A stretch of 64,000 nucleotides of DNA, from positions 54,281-118,280 of the forward strand of contig CAMCVE010000005.1 in the NCBI GenBank assembly GCA_945881775.1, read 5' to 3'. Below are positions 16,539 through 26,514 of this stretch, piece by piece (the first letter of the stretch is position 1; each line of letters starts with the position of its first letter). This DNA comes from Bacteriovorax stolpii (GTDB taxonomy: Bacteria > Bdellovibrionota > UBA2428). A program made the translations under genes and the position numbers. The notes beneath the pieces are model-generated. The model did no database searches and was not told the origin of the DNA. It saw nothing but the letters and a program-made list of their open reading frames with translations.

Positions 16539-17849
16539 ATGAAAACTTTCGACACCCTTCTCAAAGCTCAGCACATCAGCACTCTTCAAAAGGGCCGCCC
16601 TTTCGTCGAGAAAGACACCTGCATTGGTATCAGCGGCAAAGAGATCGCCTACGTCGGCCCACACACGGCCGACTTGTCGGCAAAAACCGTAACCGACTAC
16701 GGTGAGGCTTGGATTATTCCTGGACTTATCAATGCGCACACTCATCTGCCGATGACACTTTTCCGAGGCTTCTCGGATGACGAACCTTTGCAAGACTGGC
16801 TCACCAAACACATTTTTCCGGCTGAAGCTCGACTGGTAAATCCAGAATTCTGTCGTATCGGGACCGAAATTGCTGCCCTTGAAGCGATGCTCAGCGGGAC
16901 CACTTGCTTTGCGGACATGTATTATTTCGAACCTGATATCGCAGACGTCATGGATAAGTCGGGAATGCGGGCCTTCCTTGGCGAGTCGGTCATCGATTTC
17001 CCAACTCCCGACAACAAGAAAAAAGATGGCAGCGACTACCGCCTCCTGGAAGAGCTCATCGAGAGAACACGAGGCCACTCGCGCCTTGCGGCGATGATCG
17101 CGCCCCACGCGCCCTACACCTGCTCCGACGAGACGCTGAGGCGTGCTGCGGATTTCGCGCGTGCTAAGAATATTCTGCTCAGCGTGCACGTTTCCGAAAC
17201 AGCTTTTGAAGTCGCCGAATCCCGCAAGAACTTCGGCGGGAAAACCCCTGTCGAGCGTTTGCTAGGTCTGGGCGTGCTCGACACCCCCGCACTCTTCGCC
17301 CACTGCGTGCACGTCACGGATTCTGACATCGAGATCATGGCCCAAAAACCTGTGGCTGCAATCTATAACCCTGAGAGCAACATGAAGCTTGGGTCAGGTG
17401 CCGCTCCCGTGCGGAAAATGCTCGACGCCGGAGTTTGTGTTGCGCTTGGAACCGACGGCTGCGCCTCGAACAACGATCTCAACATGATCCGAGAAATGGA
17501 CACCGGAGCAAAACTCCAGAAGCTTTCTCTCGCCGACAATTCCGCAATCACCGCACAGGAACTCATCGAACTAGCGACAGTGGGTGGAGCGAAGGCTCTC
17601 CAGATCAGCGAGCGCGTGGGACAACTGAAAGTGGGCCTCAGTGCAGACCTTGTAGCGATCGATCTGCGTCGCCCCCACCTGCAGCCCGTGCATGAAGTGG
17701 CGAGCCTGATCTATTCGCTTCAAGGAAACGAAGTGAAGGACGTCTTTGTTGAAGGGCGCAAAGTCGTCGAGAACGGCCGCTCGCTTACGATTGACCAAGA
17801 GGGGCTCATGGATCGACTGAGCTTCTATAGAAGCAAAGCTGGCTTCTAG
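16539..17849 (+). CDS. Amidohydrolase-superfamily deaminase (MtaD/SAH-MTA deaminase- or guanine deaminase-like)
   Basis: 436 aa. IINAHTHLPM metal-binding HxH motif, SVHVSE, ALGTDG..SNNDLNM. 6 nt after punA. Confidence 0.75.
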   Translation: MKTFDTLLKAQHISTLQKGRPFVEKDTCIGISGKEIAYVGPHTADLSAKTVTDYGEAWIIPGLINAHTHLPMTLFRGFSDDEPLQDWLTKHIFPAEARLVNPEFCRIGTEIAALEAMLSGTTCFADMYYFEPDIADVMDKSGMRAFLGESVIDFPTPDNKKKDGSDYRLLEELIERTRGHSRLAAMIAPHAPYTCSDETLRRAADFARAKNILLSVHVSETAFEVAESRKNFGGKTPVERLLGLGVLDTPALFAHCVHVTDSDIEIMAQKPVAAIYNPESNMKLGSGAAPVRKMLDAGVCVALGTDGCASNNDLNMIREMDTGAKLQKLSLADNSAITAQELIELATVGGAKALQISERVGQLKVGLSADLVAIDLRRPHLQPVHEVASLIYSLQGNEVKDVFVEGRKVVENGRSLTIDQEGLMDRLSFYRSKAGF

Positions 17850-17919
17850 AATATCTAATAGATTCAGAACTTTAAGATGATTTGTTGACGCGCAGCGTTG
17901 GCGACACTAAGCAGGGGCT

Positions 17920-19176
17920 ATGAAATCGCGCATCGCTGCCCTCGGCTTCCTTCTCTCGACGGCCCTTGTTCACGCCCAAGTCATTAGCCCTTATGGCGAA
18001 GAACTCGAGATCACCTATCAAACAAGTTTCATCAGCTCCAACGACGATGAAGACGTGGTCACTGCCGCCTCAACTCATTCGGACTACCTCATGGGAGTCC
18101 TCAAGAGCGAAGCGCTTGTCGAAAGCCTCGGCGTAAGTTTTGCGGGATCTGAAGGCCTCGGGGCTCCTCGACTCCCCCTCAAGATTACCGCAGTGAAGGA
18201 AAAGACTCTGGCCGATGGACGCACAGAAATTTCCTATAAGTACCGGGCGAAGGCGATCATTCACAAGACGGCCGCAAAACGCCTTCTGCAAAAAGGCACA
18301 CTTGATCTCGTGTTACCTTACGACCTCGACAAGGTTTACGATAAGAAGTGCACAGACTCGCACTATCCTTCATTCGGGGACTACTGGTATTTTTGGGACC
18401 CTTACCGTGCTGGCTGTGAGAACCTTCTCAAAGAGCCTGCCACTCGCTATGTCCAAGTGAGCGTTAAGCCACTTGAGTACAAACGCCTTGAGGAGAACAC
18501 ACGCCTTGACCTTGTGCGTGGGGACAATGGCAACGGTAAGCTCCTGCAAATCGACCTCATCAGCGGCTTCGACGAATCTGCAGGGCGCAGAGACATTGGC
18601 TGGAAGATTTTTAGGAACCTCAACTCTTCACTCGAAACGCGTTTTGGATTCGAACTCGTAAAAAAAGCAGGATCGGCTAAGAGCCCTTTGTATCTCTTTG
18701 AGAAACATCTCGAATCAGGCGTCAAAGTTCTCGTGAGACATCTGCTCGTAGATACGGCAATCAACTCGAGATCACTCGCTTTTGCGAGGTTCTTCAAAAA
18801 AAGTGTTCGCGATGCCGACCTTATTGTCTATTCGGGACATTCAGGGCTAGGCGGGAATCTCGATATTCCCTCGTTGCAGGAAAAGGCCGGCGCATTTGAG
18901 TTTAATCCCAAAAAACGCCAGATCTTCTTCTTTAACAGCTGCTCATCGTATTCATACTATCTCGATCATTTCCGCAGCGAGAAGACAAAGGCCCGCATCG
19001 ATATTCTCACCAACGCGCTCGCAGCGTACATGGACGACGAGTCACTCGAAGTGCAAAGCCTTCTTGAGAGCGTGCTCGACGAGAGCGAGTCTCCTGCTTG
19101 GATGAAGGTCCTCAAAAAAATGGAAGTTTCCATTCCCTTCAACATGACCTATCTGCTCAACGTGGGTGGCGTTTAA
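17920..19176 (+). CDS. Secreted hypothetical protein. Its C-terminal region has a caspase-fold-like His...Cys arrangement, a weak call.
   Basis: Signal peptide MKSRIAALGFLLSTALVHAQV. DLIVYSGHSG (beta-strand then His), then about 38 residues, then QIFFFNSCSS (beta-strand then Cys). Confidence 0.5.
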   Translation: MKSRIAALGFLLSTALVHAQVISPYGEELEITYQTSFISSNDDEDVVTAASTHSDYLMGVLKSEALVESLGVSFAGSEGLGAPRLPLKITAVKEKTLADGRTEISYKYRAKAIIHKTAAKRLLQKGTLDLVLPYDLDKVYDKKCTDSHYPSFGDYWYFWDPYRAGCENLLKEPATRYVQVSVKPLEYKRLEENTRLDLVRGDNGNGKLLQIDLISGFDESAGRRDIGWKIFRNLNSSLETRFGFELVKKAGSAKSPLYLFEKHLESGVKVLVRHLLVDTAINSRSLAFARFFKKSVRDADLIVYSGHSGLGGNLDIPSLQEKAGAFEFNPKKRQIFFFNSCSSYSYYLDHFRSEKTKARIDILTNALAAYMDDESLEVQSLLESVLDESESPAWMKVLKKMEVSIPFNMTYLLNVGGV

Positions 19177-20123
19177 GAGCGCTCGTACTTGCGGGCGGCT
19201 TCTTTGATCCAGTCTCGGAACTCGATTCCGATGCGCGACAGCGACTGTTGGCGATAGGAAATATAAAGGCGATTGCCGAGAGCGGGGAACTTTTTGGACT
19301 CAAGGGAAGCCAACTCGCCGTTGGCGATGAGGTCCTCGACTGTGTGAAGGGGGGCAACGCAAATACCCATTGCATCCATCAATAAGCGTCGAATAACGAC
19401 GTAAGAATTCACTTGGTGGCGATACTTGAATCGGCGGTCAATGACGGTGCCAAGCTGCTCTAGCCAGCGCAAGGCCCAGGTTTCAGTCGAGAAAGAATCC
19501 CCGTAACCGATCCATGAAATCTGCTCCCAAAAACGCTCGCCTTCTTTGGCCTTCTCAATAACCGACTTGAGTGCGTCGATATCTTTCTTGCGGCCAACGG
19601 GGACAAGCTTCTCCTCCATGAGAAGTTCAGAGACAGTGTTGGGATGCTCAATCTTTTTGGTGGTGATCACGAGGTCGGCGCGACCCGTAAGCAGGCGCTC
19701 GATGATCACGTCGTTGTCCTGGACCTCTAAGAAGAGGCGGGAGTCTTCGTGCTGAGCGCGAAAATCTTTGAAACGATTTAGGAGCCAAAACTCACCCACA
19801 CCCTCGACTGAAGCCAGGAACAGCTTGGGCTTGGTGAGGTGCTCTTCCTCACGAACATCGACAAGGAGAATCTCGAGACGCTCAAGCAAAGGGAGAAGCT
19901 TCTGATAGAGATCTTGGCCTCGACCCGTGAGAACGTTTCGGCGCCCGCTTCGTTCAAAAAGTGAAAACCCGAGCTGACGCTCAAGATTGGAAATTTGAAG
20001 CGACACAGCTGGCTGAGAAAGCTTCAGTGCCTCGGCAGCCTCCGCCACAGACCCCATCGAAGAGACATACGCAAAAATGCGCAAGCTCTGGATAGAATGA
20101 TCTGCGAGGTCTTTAAGAAACAT
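19173..20123 (-). CDS. LysR-family transcriptional regulator
   Basis: 316 aa. N-terminal HTH SLRIFAYVSSMGSVAEAAEALKLSQPAVSLQISNLERQLGFSLFER, typical LysR. Convergent 4-nt TTAA-type overlap with the upstream CDS. Confidence 0.85.
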   Translation of the reverse strand: MFLKDLADHSIQSLRIFAYVSSMGSVAEAAEALKLSQPAVSLQISNLERQLGFSLFERSGRRNVLTGRGQDLYQKLLPLLERLEILLVDVREEEHLTKPKLFLASVEGVGEFWLLNRFKDFRAQHEDSRLFLEVQDNDVIIERLLTGRADLVITTKKIEHPNTVSELLMEEKLVPVGRKKDIDALKSVIEKAKEGERFWEQISWIGYGDSFSTETWALRWLEQLGTVIDRRFKYRHQVNSYVVIRRLLMDAMGICVAPLHTVEDLIANGELASLESKKFPALGNRLYISYRQQSLSRIGIEFRDWIKEAARKYERS

Positions 20124-20134
20124 GTCCTAAATCC

Positions 20135-21352
20135 TCAAGCCCAGAAATCTGGAGTCTCTCCGCGCCAGAAGAAATCCGCTCGGTCGCTACCCGTACCCAC
20201 GCCCACAATCTTTGCGCCGGCCTCGGTCTCGACGTAGCTCAAGTAGGACTCGAGTTCCGCGCTCAAAGCCGTTCGCGAATCGTCTTTGTAGATCGACTTC
20301 CAACAAGGAAACTCTTTGAGGCTTCCTTTATTTAGTGCCTTCACTACGGGCTCACCCGTGAGAATATCTGCCTTGGTGAGAACAATATGCGTGCAGTCAC
20401 TTAGGCGCACGGCGAGACGAAGTTCGTCAATGTTGAGCCAGCCCACACGACGCGGACGACCCGTGGTCGCACCGAACTCGCCCCCCTTGGCGCGGATACG
20501 TTCGCCGTCTTCGTTGTCGAGTTCCGTCTCAAAGGGACCCGAACCCACGCGGGTCATGTAAACTTTGGCGACACCAATCACAGCACCCAGGCGAGAGAGA
20601 GGAAACGGTGTGCCAGCCGCTGCAGCAGAGGGCAACGTGTTCGAAGAGGTGACATAAGGATAGGTTCCGTGGTCCAGGTCGAGGAGCACGCCCTGAGCGC
20701 CTTCAAGAACGCACTTATGCGTCTTGGCGATATCGTAGAAGGGCGTAGGGTCGCTAGCGACATGCTCGCGCAGGAGTTCCTGAGCCAGCTCAACAACCTT
20801 CCAGTTGTCTTCGAAGCTGCTCTCAGAAAGGTCTTGGGCACGGATCATAGCGTTGTAGGTGTCACAGAGAAAACGGACTTTGTCTTGGATGCCAGACTCG
20901 AAAAGATCGCCGACGCGAATTCCGCAGCGATCCATCTTTGTTGTGTAAGTTGGCCCGATACCCTTGCGAGTGGTGCCGATGCTTTTGGAGCCACTTTCGC
21001 GGGCGGCATCGAGCACAATGTGAATAGGCAACGTGAGATGAGCTCGGGAGTCGATTCGAAGACGTTCACCCTTGAGGGCCGAGCCCGATTGGGAAATTTC
21101 TGCGAGCTCTTTCTTGAGAGAAACAGGATCTAGAACGCAGCCTGCGCCGATGTAGTTTTTAACATGAGAGTAGAGTACGCCCGAAGGAACCGAATGAGTC
21201 ACGAGCTTCTTGCCGTTCACCCAGAGAGTGTGGCCCGCATTGGATCCGCCGTTAAAACGGATGACCCATTCGGATTGTTTGGCCAGGGAATCTGTGATCT
21301 TGCCTTTGCCTTCGTCGCCGTATTGCAGTCCAAGAACGATAGGGTGTTTCAC
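20135..21352 (-). CDS. purA: Adenylosuccinate synthetase
   Basis: 405 aa. P-loop LQYGDEGKGK, GSNAGHT, GTTRKGIGP, GATTGRPRR. Confidence 0.9.
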   Translation of the reverse strand: MKHPIVLGLQYGDEGKGKITDSLAKQSEWVIRFNGGSNAGHTLWVNGKKLVTHSVPSGVLYSHVKNYIGAGCVLDPVSLKKELAEISQSGSALKGERLRIDSRAHLTLPIHIVLDAARESGSKSIGTTRKGIGPTYTTKMDRCGIRVGDLFESGIQDKVRFLCDTYNAMIRAQDLSESSFEDNWKVVELAQELLREHVASDPTPFYDIAKTHKCVLEGAQGVLLDLDHGTYPYVTSSNTLPSAAAAGTPFPLSRLGAVIGVAKVYMTRVGSGPFETELDNEDGERIRAKGGEFGATTGRPRRVGWLNIDELRLAVRLSDCTHIVLTKADILTGEPVVKALNKGSLKEFPCWKSIYKDDSRTALSAELESYLSYVETEAGAKIVGVGTGSDRADFFWRGETPDFWA

Positions 21353-21385
21353 TGAGCAAATTGCTAGCGAATGGCCCTATCAGAG

Positions 21386-22165
21386 TCAAGCCTCGTCGGA
21401 CACCATCAGGTGCTCTTTCAGCTTGCTGCGCAGGCGCAGGACCGCCTGAGTGTGAAGCTGGGAGACACGACTCTCTGTGACCTCAAGAATGTCGCCGATT
21501 TCTTTCAGGTTGAGATCTTCATAGTAGTAAAGCGAAAGCACCATGCGCTGCTTTTCGGGCAGATCCTCAATCGCTTTGGAAAGCTGTTCCCTCAGTTCGT
21601 TGCCCGCCAGCTGAACCATTGGGTTTGAGTCGCGACCAGCCTCCAAGAGACCCAGCAAACTCTTGCGGTCACCGTTCGAGAACGTGCCTACCTCATCGAG
21701 TGAGAGCAGGGAAACAGACTTGCATTGCTGAAGCGCTGACTGAAATTCTCCAAGCTCCATACCGAGGTCCTTTGCTACCTCGTCTTCACTTGCAGAACGA
21801 CCGAGCTTTTGTTCGAGTTTCTGAAAGGATCTTTCGATGCCCTTGGCTTTTTCGCGCATCGAACGAGGAATCCAGTCTTGCGCGCGCAGCTCGTCTAAAA
21901 TCGCGCCCCGAATGCGAAACTCAGCGTAGGTCTTGAACTTGTTGTCGCGTGCGGGATCGTACTTGTCGATCGCATCCATGAGTCCGATGACACCGGCACT
22001 CATTAGATCGTCGAGCTCGATATTTGCGGGCAGACGCACTGCGATTTTTTGCGCAATAAACTTCACCAGAGGTGAGTACTCCTGAATGATGCTTCGTTTT
22101 TCGTCGTTCGAAAGCTTCTTTGCATTTGCTTTGTACTTACGGATCAATGCTTCGCTTGAGCTCAT
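21386..22165 (-). CDS. fliA: Flagellar sigma factor sigma-28
   Basis: 259 aa. Sigma-70 region 2 (DDLMSAGVIGLMDAIDKYDP), region 3, region 4 HTH (LKEIGDILEVTESRVSQLHTQAVLRLR). Last gene of the flagellar cluster, 4-nt overlap with flhG. Confidence 0.85.
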   Translation of the reverse strand: MSSSEALIRKYKANAKKLSNDEKRSIIQEYSPLVKFIAQKIAVRLPANIELDDLMSAGVIGLMDAIDKYDPARDNKFKTYAEFRIRGAILDELRAQDWIPRSMREKAKGIERSFQKLEQKLGRSASEDEVAKDLGMELGEFQSALQQCKSVSLLSLDEVGTFSNGDRKSLLGLLEAGRDSNPMVQLAGNELREQLSKAIEDLPEKQRMVLSLYYYEDLNLKEIGDILEVTESRVSQLHTQAVLRLRSKLKEHLMVSDEA

Positions 22166-23013
22166 GAAGCCCCCCTCAGAGACACGGTAGCCAGACTCTT
22201 ATTTTGATCTTTCGGCGCGTGAGAACAAGCCAGTAGTTTGTCGGCGATCCGCACCAGGGCCAGAGCGAACGGAGACCGTGGCGAGAGCTGCACAGTGGCA
22301 CGTTGCTGACGCACGGCCTTAAGGACGCAAGGGTCTTCTGGAAGAGATCCTAGGAAATCGATCGAGATGTTCAAGAATTCAGCCGAAACGTCCGTGAGAC
22401 GCTTAAAGGACTCGAGACCGTCTTGAGCCGACTGAGCGCGGTTGATCAGCAATCGAAATTTTTTCTCTTTTCGCTCGAGGGCCATAACCTTAATGAGCGC
22501 GTAGGCGTCGGCAAGCGCGGTAGGCTCCGCATGCGCAACAACAACGATGTCGTGGGCTGAGGCGTTGAAATTCAGAACCATGGATCCAATGCCGGGCGCT
22601 GTATCGTAAATAACGATGTCGTATTCGTGGATAATTTCCTGGAGACGATCCATCAGGGTTCTCTGGGCGAAAGCATCGAGCTCGAGCATTTTTCTGACGC
22701 CACTCGAACTGGGGAGTAAGTCGAAGCCTCCTGGAGTTCGCACGAAAGTGTCCTGGAGTTTCGCGTCACCGAACATAACGTCGTCGAGCGTCTTGTCGAC
22801 TCGACATCCCATGAGGAGATTGGCGTTCGCCAGACCCATGTCGGCATCAATGAGGAGTACCTTAAGCCCCTTCGCCGAGTAGAGCGTCGCCATGTTTGCA
22901 GCAATGTTGGATTTACCAACGCCGCCTTTTCCGCTCGTGATGCTAATGATCCGCGTTTTACGACTGGATTCAGAGAATCCCGCCAATGTCCTTAGTCGAT
23001 CTGCTTGGTCCAC
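22162..23013 (-). CDS. flhG: MinD/ParA-type flagellar number regulator ATPase FlhG (FleN/YlxH)
   Basis: 283 aa. Deviant Walker A SGKGGVGKS. Sits between flhF and fliA. Confidence 0.85.
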   Translation of the reverse strand: MDQADRLRTLAGFSESSRKTRIISITSGKGGVGKSNIAANMATLYSAKGLKVLLIDADMGLANANLLMGCRVDKTLDDVMFGDAKLQDTFVRTPGGFDLLPSSSGVRKMLELDAFAQRTLMDRLQEIIHEYDIVIYDTAPGIGSMVLNFNASAHDIVVVAHAEPTALADAYALIKVMALERKEKKFRLLINRAQSAQDGLESFKRLTDVSAEFLNISIDFLGSLPEDPCVLKAVRQQRATVQLSPRSPFALALVRIADKLLACSHAPKDQNKSLATVSLRGAS

Positions 23014-24434
23014 GATGCGTCTCCCCCCGCCAAATTTAGAATCAAATCGGCCACACGTTCTTTTGTTGCGACTTCCATATCTTCGGGGACCCTTTGGCCC
23101 ATTGTAAAATAGGAGAGAGGCATGTGGGTCTTGGCGGCCAAATTGTAAATGTTTCCGTACTGTGTTGTTTCGTCGAGTTTGGTGAATACGAGATATTCAG
23201 GCTCGAAAATTTTGAAACGCTGGATAACCTGCATGAGATCTGTGTCGCGCGTTGTCGATGTCACACAAAGATGTGTTTCCGTTCTAACCGCGGACAAGAG
23301 GTTGCTGAGTTCAACGAGCTTGCGCTCATCACGTGGACCAAATCCAGCTGTGTCCACGAGGACTACGTCGTCGGGAGACAAGTGATCACGAAGAGCAGCA
23401 AAACTCTCGGCATTCTGGCACACTTCAAGAGGACACTTGAGAATATTTGCATAGGTCTGAAGCTGTTCGACAGCTGCAATCTTAAAAGTGTCTGTCGTTG
23501 CCAAAGTTACAGGACGCTTCTGATTGATCACAAGCTCAGCCGCGATCTTAGCGATGGTCGTCGTTTTACCGACTCCAGTTGGACCCAAGAAGGTGATGAT
23601 TCGAGGTGTGCTCGGAACACGCAGACGCTCTCCGAGAGACCGTGCCACGCGCAGCCGCGACATAAGAACTCGCGCCAGCTGCAAGCGAAGAAGATCTTCG
23701 CGTGTGATGTGCTCTCTGAGCATCACGGCTTTGAGCTCATCCCCAATCTCGCGGACAAGATCTTCCTGGACTCCCGCTTCGATCAGTTCGGCAACGAGCT
23801 TTGGAAAGACTTGAATTGAAGAACGAGTGGCATTGGGCACATAGCGGGCTTGAGATCCGGAGATCTCGTAACTCGGGCTCGCGACACGAGTCTGGGCCTG
23901 CACTTGAGGCGGCGGAGTATTTCGCGAGAACTGCATGCGATCGTGCGAACGCTGTGAAACCTGCTCGGCGGGGCTCTCGTCGTCTTCGATGTCAACATAG
24001 CGACGCTGAGTCGGAGGCAGTCGACTTTGTGTAATTGCGTGCGCAGTCTGGTGTGCCGAAGTGATGGATGATGTCTGGGCTTTGGCGGTTGGAGACATAT
24101 TTGACGGCTTAGATGTCAAGGCATCGGCTTCTTTCATGCGCCGCTGAATGCGAGCCCCAGAAAGAACGTCATAGCTTTGGAGAATCTTGTGAGCGGGCTT
24201 TCCAGAAAGAGCTTCGCGCTGCAGAGGACTCAGACCCGACTCTGCCTGGTTCTTTCGCCCAAGAGCTTCGCGGCTCACGGTGGCCGTGACCTCGACAGAA
24301 GCCTTGTTCATGAGGCCCCAGCCCCCCTTATTGTTCTTCGTGGACAAGATAATGGCTTCCGGGCCCATTTCGCGTTTCACGACTTTCAAGGCTTCGGCCA
24401 AGGTCGGAGCTTCGAATTTTTTGACTTCTACCAT
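22992..24434 (-). CDS. flhF: Flagellar biosynthesis SRP-type GTPase FlhF
   Basis: 480 aa. Pro/Ser/Thr/Gln-rich linker, then G-domain motifs GPTGVGKTTT, DTAG, TKLDET. Confidence 0.85.
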   Translation of the reverse strand: MVEVKKFEAPTLAEALKVVKREMGPEAIILSTKNNKGGWGLMNKASVEVTATVSREALGRKNQAESGLSPLQREALSGKPAHKILQSYDVLSGARIQRRMKEADALTSKPSNMSPTAKAQTSSITSAHQTAHAITQSRLPPTQRRYVDIEDDESPAEQVSQRSHDRMQFSRNTPPPQVQAQTRVASPSYEISGSQARYVPNATRSSIQVFPKLVAELIEAGVQEDLVREIGDELKAVMLREHITREDLLRLQLARVLMSRLRVARSLGERLRVPSTPRIITFLGPTGVGKTTTIAKIAAELVINQKRPVTLATTDTFKIAAVEQLQTYANILKCPLEVCQNAESFAALRDHLSPDDVVLVDTAGFGPRDERKLVELSNLLSAVRTETHLCVTSTTRDTDLMQVIQRFKIFEPEYLVFTKLDETTQYGNIYNLAAKTHMPLSYFTMGQRVPEDMEVATKERVADLILNLAGGDASWTKQID

Positions 24435-24447
24435 CTCGTTTTACCAC

Positions 24448-26514
24448 CTATGCGTCCGTGTCGATTGTTCCAACAGACCTCACCCGGAGCGTCGGCTGAA
24501 TCTCGTTGTGCGACAACACAACTACTTGAGGCAAGAATCGGTCCAGCAGTCTCTTGACGTGATGGCGAATCATTGGCGTGACAAGAAGTACGGGAGATAT
24601 TCCCTCTTCCGTCAATTTTTCGACGAGCCGATTTGCCGAAGGAACAAGTTTTTTAACGAGTGCGGGATCAACAACAAATTGAGTTCCTTGTCCACGCTCC
24701 CCAGGTTGCACTGCGTGAATAAGTTTTTCCTCAATCTCACGTGAGAAGGTTATCAGCGGAAGCTCATCATTCTCATCAATGAGGCGCGAGGTGATACTGC
24801 GACCAAGCGCCGCGCGAACAGCTTCCGTCAACTGATCAACATCTTTGCTCACGAGGACAGCGTCTGCGAGAGCCTCTAGGATTGTAACCAGATCGCGTAT
24901 AGGAACCTGCTCTTTAACCAAATTCTGAAGGACTTTGACGACCACGCCGAGACTAAGCTCTTTAGGCACAAGTTCTTCGACGACCTTAGGATGCGTCTTT
25001 TGAACATGCTCGATGAGGGCCTGCGCCTCTTGGCGTCCAACGAGCTCAAAGGCGTGGTTTTTGATGACTTCAGTCAGGTGCGTCGCAATGACTGTGGGAA
25101 GGTCGACCACAGTGTAGCCCGAAATTTGCGCGAGCTCTTTGTGATTCTCATGAATCCAAAGCGCATCGAGCCCGAAGACGGGTTCCTTGGTCGGAATGCC
25201 CTCGACGGGCTCAACGACGCCGCCCGGATCCATCGCCATGAAATGATCGAGCATCAGATCTCCCTTGGCGACGGGAATCCCCTTGAGCTTAAGGACGTAT
25301 TCGCCAGGCTTGATTTGGAGATTGTCTCGAATACTCATTGGAGGGACAACCACACCCATGTCTTGAGCAAACTGTTTGCGGATACTCTGAATCCGGTCGA
25401 GGAGATCGCCCTTGGCGCTGCCCTCAACAATTGAGATGAGGCCATATCCCACTTCGAGCTGGAGCGCATCGACAGACGCCGTGGCCTCAACATGTCGCTC
25501 TTCCGTCTCTAAGGCCCGTGTTGCGGCAACCTCTTTTTTAAAGAGTTCGTCGGCCTTCGTCTTCTTAATGAGGTAACCCCCACCTGCCATCGCAGCAGCG
25601 AGTATAAAGAAGGGAAAAAACGCACCCGGAAGCATGAGACCCATAACAAACAGGGCACCAGAAAGAATGAAGAGGACTTTTTCATTCAGAAAGAGTTGCC
25701 TCCCGAACTCTTCGCCGAGATTGTCGCCCGTGCTTGAAGAACGCGTTACTACAAGGCCGGCAGCGGTTGAGATAATGAGCGCCGGGATCTGAGAAACAAG
25801 GCCATCTCCGACCGTGAGCAGAGTGTAGTTCGATGCGGCCGTTGCGACGTCCAGACCCTTCTGAGCGACGCCGATAATAAGGCCGCCAACAATGTTAACG
25901 ACAGTAACGAGAATGCCCGCGATCGCATCACCTCGAACGAACTTCGAAGCACCGTCCATGGCTCCATAGAAGTCCGCCTCAGACTCGACTTCCTTGCGTC
26001 GAGTCTTGGCTTCTTTTTCATTGATAATGCCGGCATTAAGATCGGCATCGATCGCCATCTGTTTGCCAGGCAAAGCGTCCAACGTGAAGCGAGCCGCGAC
26101 TTCCGAGACTCGTCCAGAGCCCTTTGTAATGACTACGAAGTTGATGATCACCAGGATCACAAAAATGATGAAACCCACAACATAGTTTCCACCGACTACG
26201 AATTCGCCAATACTTTGAATGAGTGCGCCGGCAGCTGCAGGTCCTTCATGGCCATGGGTGAGAATCAAGCGGGTTGAGGCCACGTTGAGGGCGAGTCGGA
26301 ACAAAGTGACCAAAAGCAAAAGACTTGGAAAGACAGAAAAATCGAGAACCTTACGCGTGTAGATGGAAATAAGAAGAATCCCCATAGAACCCGCAATGGA
26401 AGCGACAAGAAAAAGATCCAGAAAAAAAGAATTCAGAGGAATCACCATCAGGAGCATCAGCATGATGACCCCTAGGCCCATGGACACGTCGGAATTTCCA
26501 AATAGCTTTTTCAT
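24448..26514 (-). CDS. flhA: Flagellar export apparatus protein FlhA
   Basis: 688 aa. N-terminal 8-TM domain with FHxxD-like region, large cytoplasmic FlhA_C domain. 4-nt overlap with flhB. Confidence 0.9.
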   Translation of the reverse strand: MKKLFGNSDVSMGLGVIMLMLLMVIPLNSFFLDLFLVASIAGSMGILLISIYTRKVLDFSVFPSLLLLVTLFRLALNVASTRLILTHGHEGPAAAGALIQSIGEFVVGGNYVVGFIIFVILVIINFVVITKGSGRVSEVAARFTLDALPGKQMAIDADLNAGIINEKEAKTRRKEVESEADFYGAMDGASKFVRGDAIAGILVTVVNIVGGLIIGVAQKGLDVATAASNYTLLTVGDGLVSQIPALIISTAAGLVVTRSSSTGDNLGEEFGRQLFLNEKVLFILSGALFVMGLMLPGAFFPFFILAAAMAGGGYLIKKTKADELFKKEVAATRALETEERHVEATASVDALQLEVGYGLISIVEGSAKGDLLDRIQSIRKQFAQDMGVVVPPMSIRDNLQIKPGEYVLKLKGIPVAKGDLMLDHFMAMDPGGVVEPVEGIPTKEPVFGLDALWIHENHKELAQISGYTVVDLPTVIATHLTEVIKNHAFELVGRQEAQALIEHVQKTHPKVVEELVPKELSLGVVVKVLQNLVKEQVPIRDLVTILEALADAVLVSKDVDQLTEAVRAALGRSITSRLIDENDELPLITFSREIEEKLIHAVQPGERGQGTQFVVDPALVKKLVPSANRLVEKLTEEGISPVLLVTPMIRHHVKRLLDRFLPQVVVLSHNEIQPTLRVRSVGTIDTDA

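Noticed and set aside
16041-17189. 382-aa ORF on the minus strand spanning the punA/mtaD region
   Set aside because: It lies entirely antisense to two well-supported plus-strand genes with clear enzyme motifs. Its translation is Arg/Ser/Val-rich and low-complexity, with no start context. It is a typical shadow ORF in GC-rich coding DNA.
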